Source: Armatimonadetes bacterium UBA5352
GTDB taxonomy: Bacteria > Armatimonadota > Zipacnadia > Zipacnadales > UBA5352
NCBI GenBank assembly: GCA_002411015.1
Contig: DHPY01000075.1
Coordinates: forward strand, 28,307 to 92,306
DNA: 64,000 bases
Direction: 5' to 3'
Shown here piece by piece: positions 58,774-64,000 of this stretch; the first letter of the stretch is position 1; every line of letters begins with the position of its first letter. Made by a program: the position numbers and the translations under genes. The notes under the pieces are model-generated. The model saw nothing but the letters and a program-made list of their open reading frames with translations, searched no databases and was not told the DNA's origin.

Positions 58774-61410
58774 TCAGCCTCCAAGCTGCGCCGCAAGGAC
58801 CTCCGGCGCGGCCGCAACAGCATCGCTCAGCTTCGCCAGATCGCCGCCGCCCGCCTGGGCAAAGTGCGGCGCTCCGCCGCCTCCGCCGCCCGCACGCTGC
58901 GCGATCTCCTTGATGAGATTGCCGGCGTGGCCGCCGCGGCCGATGATGTCTTTCGACACCTTCGCCACCAGCGCAACGCCGCCCGCGTCTCCGCCGAGGA
59001 CCGCGACGCCGCTGCCAAGCCGCTCCACGATCTCGTCGGCGAGGCTCTTCAGCGCCTCGCGGTCGGCGCCGGCGATTGTGCTGGCGACCAGCTTCACGCC
59101 CGCAACCTCCACCGCGCCCGCGACGAGGTCGGGCACATTGATCGCCGCCGACATCTGCCGCGCCTGCTCGACCTCGCGCTCAAGCTCGCGAATGCGCTGC
59201 CGCTGCGCCTCGATGCGCTCGGCGATCTCCTCACCAGGGCAGTTCAGCTCCCGCGAGAGCGCCTGCAGCCGCTCATCGGCGTCACGCGAGTGACGCACCG
59301 CCGCGAGGCCCGCGACCGCCTCGATGCGGCGCGTCCCGGCGGCCACCGAACTCTCCGCCAGCACGCGCAGGGAGCCGATCTCGCCGGTGCGGCAGGCGTG
59401 GATGCCGCCGCACAGTTCGAAGCTCTCGCCGCCGACACGCACCGTGCGGACGGTCTGGCCATACTTCTCATCGAACAGCGCGACAGCGCCGGATTCCCGG
59501 GCCTCGTCGAGGTCCATGAACTGCACGTCCACCGGCAGATCCTCGAGGATCCAGCGGTTCACCTGCTCCTCGACCTGCACCAGCGCGTCGCGATCGATCG
59601 CCTGGTGGTGGGAGAAGTCGAAGCGCAGCCGCTCCGGGCCAACCAGCGATCCCGCCTGCTTCACATGGCCGCCGACGATCTGCCGGAGCGCCGCGTGCAG
59701 CAGGTGCGTGGCGGTGTGATGCCTCCGGGTCGCGTCGCGCCGGTCACTGTCCACGGAGGCGGTCACCGCGTCACCAATGTTCACCGTACCCTCAAGCAGC
59801 CGCCCCGTGTGCGCGACGGCCTCGCCCAGCGGCTGCGTGTCAGTCACCTCGAAGCGGAAGCCCTCGCCGGTGATGACGCCCTGGTCGCCGACCTGCCCGC
59901 CGCGCTCGGCGTAGAAGGGTGTGCGATCCAGCACCAATGCGCCCTCGGTGCCCTCGGAGAGGCTCTCGGCAAGCTCGCCCTCGACCACGATCGCCTGCAC
60001 GTTCGCGCGGATGACCGTCTCATCGTAGCCCGCGAACTCCGTCGGCTGGAGTTGCGTCGCCACCGTCGAGCCGCCATGGATGGAGAGGCCGGTCACGGCC
60101 GCTCGCGAGCGCTCCCGCTGCCGCGCCATCGCGGCCTCAAAGCCCTCCATGTCCACCGTCAGCCCGTGCTCCGAGGCGATCTCCACGGTCATCTCGCGCG
60201 GGAGGCCGAAGGTGTCGTAGAGCCTGAAGGCCTCATCGCCGGGGATCTCCGTCGAGCCCTTCGCCTGCAGGACCTCGATCATCCCGCCAATGCGCTCCAT
60301 GCCCTGCGCGAGGGTGGAGGCGAACTGCTCCTCCTCAGCCTTCACAACGCCGACGGAGAACTCCTGCCGGGTGTGCAGCTCAGGGTAGGCCTGCCCCATC
60401 ACATCCGCGACCGCGGGCAGCACCTTGTGCATGAACGGCCCATCGGCGCCGAGTTCCAGCCCGAAGCGGTAGGCCCGGCGCAGGAACCTGCGCAGGACGT
60501 AGCCCGCGCCCTCGTTGGTGGGCGCCACGCCATCCGCCGTGAGCATTGCGGCGCCACGGGCGTGATCGCAGATGACGCGCAGCGCGACGTCCGTCTCCGG
60601 ATCCTGCCCGTAGCTCAGTTCGCGGCCCCAGTCCGTCCGCGCGATCTGGATCGTGCGCTGGATGATCTGCCACATCTCGTCGGTCTCAGTGCTGTACTGC
60701 TTGCCCTGCAGGATCATCGCAAGGCGCTCGAAGCCCATGCCGGTATCCACACCGGGCGCGGGAAGCTCGCTGAGCGTCCCGTCAACGGCCTCGGTGTACA
60801 TCTGAAAGACCACGTTCCACAGCTCCACGAAGCGCGAGCAGTCGCAGGCCGGTGAGCAGTCCGGCCGGCCGCAGCCGACCTCCGGGCCGTTGTCGAGGTG
60901 TATCTCGGTGCACGGGCCGCAGGGGCCCTCCCAGCGCTCCTCCGGCCACCAGTTCTCGCCGCGGCCGAGGCGCACGATCCGCTCGATCGGCACGCCGATG
61001 TGCTTGTTCCAGATCGCCTCGGCCTGATCGTCATCGGTGTAGACCGTGATCCAGAGCCGGTCGGTCGGGATCTGCAGGACATCCACCACGTACTCCCAGG
61101 CGAACTCGATCGCCTCGCGCTTGAAGTAGTCGCCGAAGGAGAAGTTGCCGAGCATCTCAAAGAAGGTGTGATGCGTTGGGGAGCGGCCGACGCGCTCGAG
61201 GTCGCCCATGCGCGCGCACTTCTGATTGGTCGCCACGCGCGCGGCGGGCGGCCTCTCCTCGCCACGGAATGCGCCGATGAAGGGCTGCATCCCCGCCACG
61301 GTGAAGAGCGTGGTCGGATCGTCGGTCACAAGTGGCGCGGAGGGCAGGATCAGGTGCCCTCGCTCCTCAAAGTATCCCAGGAAGCTATCGCGGATCTGCT
61401 GGCACTTCAT
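58774..61410 (-). CDS. alaS: Alanine--tRNA ligase
   Basis: N-terminal class II core FTVAGMQPF. Editing-domain HxxxH (HTATHLLHAALRQ). C-terminal DHHA1-like GGGGGG region. Conserved alaS-ruvX-mltG order. Confidence 0.95.
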   Translation of the reverse strand: MKCQQIRDSFLGYFEERGHLILPSAPLVTDDPTTLFTVAGMQPFIGAFRGEERPPAARVATNQKCARMGDLERVGRSPTHHTFFEMLGNFSFGDYFKREAIEFAWEYVVDVLQIPTDRLWITVYTDDDQAEAIWNKHIGVPIERIVRLGRGENWWPEERWEGPCGPCTEIHLDNGPEVGCGRPDCSPACDCSRFVELWNVVFQMYTEAVDGTLSELPAPGVDTGMGFERLAMILQGKQYSTETDEMWQIIQRTIQIARTDWGRELSYGQDPETDVALRVICDHARGAAMLTADGVAPTNEGAGYVLRRFLRRAYRFGLELGADGPFMHKVLPAVADVMGQAYPELHTRQEFSVGVVKAEEEQFASTLAQGMERIGGMIEVLQAKGSTEIPGDEAFRLYDTFGLPREMTVEIASEHGLTVDMEGFEAAMARQRERSRAAVTGLSIHGGSTVATQLQPTEFAGYDETVIRANVQAIVVEGELAESLSEGTEGALVLDRTPFYAERGGQVGDQGVITGEGFRFEVTDTQPLGEAVAHTGRLLEGTVNIGDAVTASVDSDRRDATRRHHTATHLLHAALRQIVGGHVKQAGSLVGPERLRFDFSHHQAIDRDALVQVEEQVNRWILEDLPVDVQFMDLDEARESGAVALFDEKYGQTVRTVRVGGESFELCGGIHACRTGEIGSLRVLAESSVAAGTRRIEAVAGLAAVRHSRDADERLQALSRELNCPGEEIAERIEAQRQRIRELEREVEQARQMSAAINVPDLVAGAVEVAGVKLVASTIAGADREALKSLADEIVERLGSGVAVLGGDAGGVALVAKVSKDIIGRGGHAGNLIKEIAQRAGGGGGGAPHFAQAGGGDLAKLSDAVAAAPEVLAAQLGG

Positions 61411-61517
61411 CGTCGTGAACCTCTCCCGAGTGTGCGCTTGCTGATCGGAGTGCCTGAATATGTGCGGCCCGCGCCCGAAGGACGCGGGTCCATGATGGTC
61501 CCGTGCGGCGGCTCTCG

Positions 61518-62273
61518 CTACTTCGCCTGACCCCCGCTCATGATCTCCCGCAACTGCTCGATCGCCTTGCGTTGGAGGCGCGAGACGTGCATCTGCGAGA
61601 TCCCGAGGCGGTCGGCGACCTGCTGCTGCGACATGTCGTGGAAGTAGCGCAGGGCGATGATCACCCGCTGCCTCGGGGTGAGCTGCTCGAGCGCCCAGGA
61701 CAGCTCCCCACGGTCCTCCAGAAGCTCCAGTGCCGGATCCTCTTCACCCGTGCGATCCGCGACCGACGGCCCCTCGTCGTCGCCGGTGCTCTCCTGGAGG
61801 CTGGCGAGTTCATACTGGTTGGCGACTTCGACCGCCTCGATGACGGCTTCCTCTGAGACGCTCATTGAAGATGCGAGTTCGGAGTAGGTGGGCGAGCGAC
61901 CGAGGGTCCGCGTGAGGTCCTCACGCACCTCGCGCACCCGCAGACTCAACTCCTGCACCCGGCGCGGCACCCGCATCCCCCACGTGGCATCGCGGAAGTA
62001 GCGCCGCAGCTCGCCGCGGATGGTGGGCACCGCGAAGGTCGCGAACTTCGTGCCGCGCTCAGGGTCGAAGCGATCCACCGCGTTCACGAGGCCGATATGT
62101 CCCACCCCGATGAGGTCTCCGTAGGGGACGCCCGCGTCGCGGTAGGAGTTCGCGACGTGCCTGACCAGCCCCTCATGGCGCTCGATCAGGTGAGCCCGCA
62201 GCTCAGGATCGTTCGTCTTCCGGAGGAGGCGGAATAGCTCGTTTGTGGAAAGCGCGGCCCACCGCTCGCTCAT
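61518..62273 (-). CDS. RNA polymerase sigma-70-family factor, SigB/SigF-like (group 3)
   Basis: Region 2 GLVNAVDRFDPERGTKFATFAVPTIRGELRRYFRD. Region 4 QQQVADRLGISQMHVSRLQRKAIEQL. Confidence 0.85.
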   Translation of the reverse strand: MSERWAALSTNELFRLLRKTNDPELRAHLIERHEGLVRHVANSYRDAGVPYGDLIGVGHIGLVNAVDRFDPERGTKFATFAVPTIRGELRRYFRDATWGMRVPRRVQELSLRVREVREDLTRTLGRSPTYSELASSMSVSEEAVIEAVEVANQYELASLQESTGDDEGPSVADRTGEEDPALELLEDRGELSWALEQLTPRQRVIIALRYFHDMSQQQVADRLGISQMHVSRLQRKAIEQLREIMSGGQAK

Positions 62274-62277
62274 GCCC

Positions 62278-62712
62278 TCACCTGGTAGCGCGCTTGACCA
62301 TGATGACCCGGGTGCCGCTGCCCGGGGCGCTCTCCACGCGGAAGGAGTCGGTCAGTTCCTTCATCAGCCCGAAACCCAGGCCGCCCTCGCCGTCGAGGCT
62401 GTTGCGCTTCGAGCGCTCCAGCTCCTGGGGGTCGAAGCCGCGCCCCTGGTCCTCGACTTCGACAGTCATCTCGCCCTTCCCCGCGCTCATGCGCAGGTTG
62501 ATGACGCGGTCAGCCGGCCTCACGTCTTCCCCGAATGCGTGGTTGATGACGTTGGTGCAGGCCTCGGCCACCGCCACCTTCAAGTCCTCGATGTCATCCA
62601 CGGTCAGCTCCGCGCGAAGACCCACCCCGCTCGTGGCGAGGCGCGCGACCAGCAGGTACTCTGGCCTGCTCGGAAGCACGATCTTGACCGTCCCTGCGTC
62701 CCTATCTGGCAT
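62278..62712 (-). CDS. Anti-sigma factor, RsbW/SpoIIAB-like serine kinase (HATPase_c)
   Basis: EACTNVINHAF (N-box), DQGRGFD and GLGFGL (G-boxes). RBS GAGGAGG 9 nt before ATG 62712. Confidence 0.8.
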   Translation of the reverse strand: MPDRDAGTVKIVLPSRPEYLLVARLATSGVGLRAELTVDDIEDLKVAVAEACTNVINHAFGEDVRPADRVINLRMSAGKGEMTVEVEDQGRGFDPQELERSKRNSLDGEGGLGFGLMKELTDSFRVESAPGSGTRVIMVKRATR

Positions 62713-63115
62713 CTGAGGTCGCCTCCTCGCCGGAGTCGGCCGCGTGCGCTTCGCACAGCTCAGCCAGGCGCGCAGTAGCCGCCTCGACGTCGGCAACAAC
62801 GTTCAGGATCTCCTGCGTGCCCGAGATCTGGAAGATCCGCAGCAGGTTCTTCCGCGCGCAGGCAACGGAGAGGTCGCCACCAGCCTGGCGGCACTGCTTC
62901 GCGGTCCCGACCAGTATCCCCAGCCCGGTGCTGTCAAGATACGTGAGCTCGGTGAGGTCGGCGACTATCCATCGCCTGCCCTGCTCCACAAGAGCGGTGA
63001 GCGCATCGCGCAACTCGGGGGCCGTATAGGCGTCAAGCTCCCCTGACGCCCGGCAGATAGCCGTCTTCTCATCAACATCCCTGGTCTGGATCCTCACGCT
63101 CTCGCCCTCCTGCAT
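62702..63115 (-). CDS. Anti-sigma-factor antagonist (STAS domain, RsbV/SpoIIAA-like)
   Basis: LTYLDSTGLGILVG (phosphorylatable Ser region) STAS pattern. Overlaps the rsbW-like start by 11 nt. Confidence 0.8.
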   Translation of the reverse strand: MQEGESVRIQTRDVDEKTAICRASGELDAYTAPELRDALTALVEQGRRWIVADLTELTYLDSTGLGILVGTAKQCRQAGGDLSVACARKNLLRIFQISGTQEILNVVADVEAATARLAELCEAHAADSGEEATSDAR

Positions 63116-64000
63116 CGTTCTCAGCTCCCGGCCCGCCCGCCTCCGCTGCCTCGCCGCCACCTCTCAGCGCCCGCAACTCCTCCAGCCGCCCCGCAATCCG
63201 CCTCTCAAGAGGCGTCAGCCCCGGCTGGTAATACTCCCGCGGCTCCATTCCCGGCGGCCAGTAGCTCTGGCGCACCCATCCCCCCGGGTGATCGTGCGGA
63301 TAGAGGTACTTCGCACTCCGGTCGGCGCCCGGCCGCGGGCCGCCCGCCAGATGATCCGGCACGCCACGCCCGCCCTCCCGCCTGACATCCTCACGCGCAG
63401 CCGCGATCGCCTTGTACGCCCTGTTGCTCTTCGGCGCTACCGCGAGGTAGACCGTCGCCTCAGCCAGTGGAATCTGTCCCTCCGGCAATCCGACGTATTC
63501 TACCGCATCAGCGGCGGCCACGGCAAGTCTGAGCGCACTCGGGTCGGCGAGACCGATATCCTCCGCCGCGGCGATGACCAGCCGGCGCGCGATGAACCGC
63601 GGGTCCTCCCCGCCCTCCAGCATCCTCGCGAGCCAGTAGATCGCGGCGTCCGGATCGGAGCCGCGTATGCTCTTGATGAAGGCCGAGATCGTGTCGTAGT
63701 GCGCGTCGCCCGCGCGGTCGTAGGCCTGCACGGGCCGGTCCAGCGCCGCTTTCGCCTGCTCCATCGTCACAAGGCGCGCGCCGGATTCATCTTCAGGAGC
63801 GCTCTGCACCGCCACCTCGAGCGCGCTGAGGGCCAGGCGTGCGTCGCCGCCCGCCGACCGGGCGATGTACGCGACAACCTCATCCGGAGCCTCGGGCTGC
63901 AGCGCCGCCAGTCCACGCTGCTCATCGGCCAGCGCGCGGCGCACAAGCTCCTCCAGCGCCTGCGGAGTGAGTGGCTTGAGCGTCACGAGGCGGCAGCGCG
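63072..64000 (-). CDS. rarA: Replication-associated recombination protein A (RarA/MgsA), C-terminal part; reading frame continues past the window end
   Basis: MgsA_C region YDTISAFIKSIRGSDPDAAIYWLARMLEGGEDPRFIARRLVIAAAEDIGLADP. Frame open from 63986 up to nt 64000. Confidence 0.8.
   Translation of the reverse strand, partial: RCRLVTLKPLTPQALEELVRRALADEQRGLAALQPEAPDEVVAYIARSAGGDARLALSALEVAVQSAPEDESGARLVTMEQAKAALDRPVQAYDRAGDAHYDTISAFIKSIRGSDPDAAIYWLARMLEGGEDPRFIARRLVIAAAEDIGLADPSALRLAVAAADAVEYVGLPEGQIPLAEATVYLAVAPKSNRAYKAIAAAREDVRREGGRGVPDHLAGGPRPGADRSAKYLYPHDHPGGWVRQSYWPPGMEPREYYQPGLTPLERRIAGRLEELRALRGGGEAAEAGGPGAENDAGGREREDPDQGC

Noticed and set aside
58465-60855. 796-aa plus-strand ORF antisense to alaS
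   Set aside because: alaS on the minus strand is unambiguous. The plus frame is R/A/P-rich noise.
61411-61517. Stem-loop CCCGCG-n9-CGCGGG in the alaS 5' leader as a regulatory element
   Set aside because: Short imperfect stem. alaS autoregulation is protein-mediated in model organisms and no T-box features (specifier loop, T-box motif) are present.
1-64000. Searched for CRISPR arrays, tRNA/rRNA genes, transposases and integrases
   Set aside because: No array of regularly spaced direct repeats. No intergenic region long enough or tRNA-like (no GTTCGA/T-loop-like cloverleaf candidates noticed). No DDE transposase, tyrosine or serine recombinase motifs seen. The low-GC islets therefore lack an identifiable mobility gene.

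Overview
High-GC (about 68-70% by eye) bacterial chromosomal window dominated by a dense carbohydrate-degradation locus. The locus is flanked by housekeeping genes and interrupted by three small lower-GC islets. No rRNA, tRNA, CRISPR array or recognisable transposase/integrase was seen.

Housekeeping flanks:
- lon (5' partial) at the left end.
- On the right: aroE, a yqeG-like HAD phosphatase, mltG, ruvX, alaS, an rsbV-rsbW-sigB-like partner-switching operon, and rarA (partial at the window end).

Carbohydrate-degradation locus (secreted multi-domain CAZymes and sugar-processing genes):
- a PL11 rhamnogalacturonan lyase with CBMs;
- a PL22 oligogalacturonate lyase-like beta-propeller;
- a GH29 alpha-L-fucosidase;
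- a GH3 enzyme, a GH20-like enzyme and a GH63-like six-hairpin glycosidase;
- a GH42-trimerisation-domain enzyme;
- a DUF4838/GH2-N/CBM4_9 giant protein;
- a 1439-aa LamG-domain protein and a 1437-aa CBM-bearing protein;
- two tandem sulfatase-family paralogs;
- an alkaline phosphatase, an HpcH/HpaI aldolase, an MFS transporter, an ABC exporter, GNATs, and MarC.

The most system-like novelties:
1. A 1.9-kb lower-GC islet (about 15950-17885) carrying three tightly coupled minus-strand genes that end in a HEPN-like (Rx5H) protein. It is a candidate toxin-antitoxin/defence cassette inserted between a QueG-like gene and a giant CAZyme gene.
2. A three-gene operon in which two paralogous double-zinc-ribbon proteins sandwich an uncharacterised 359-aa protein (37692-39846).
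3. A bacterial eRF1/Pelota-like (baeRF-type) protein with an HGQG motif and a C-terminal AVILRY tail, sitting next to lon.

Other observations:
- a frameshifted small gene in a low-GC islet bounded by TTGTTGCG/GCGCAACAT palindromic repeats;
- a low-GC standalone HSDR_N-like PD-(D/E)xK nuclease;
- sulfatase paralogs lacking the formylglycine C/S-x-P-x-R motif;
- a recurring REP-like motif (TTCACCCTTCACC) next to hairpin terminators at three convergent-gene junctions;
- an RBS-sequestering inverted repeat between the MFS and GH42-like genes.

All coordinates and motifs were derived by reading the sequence. No database searches were run, and GC values are visual estimates.
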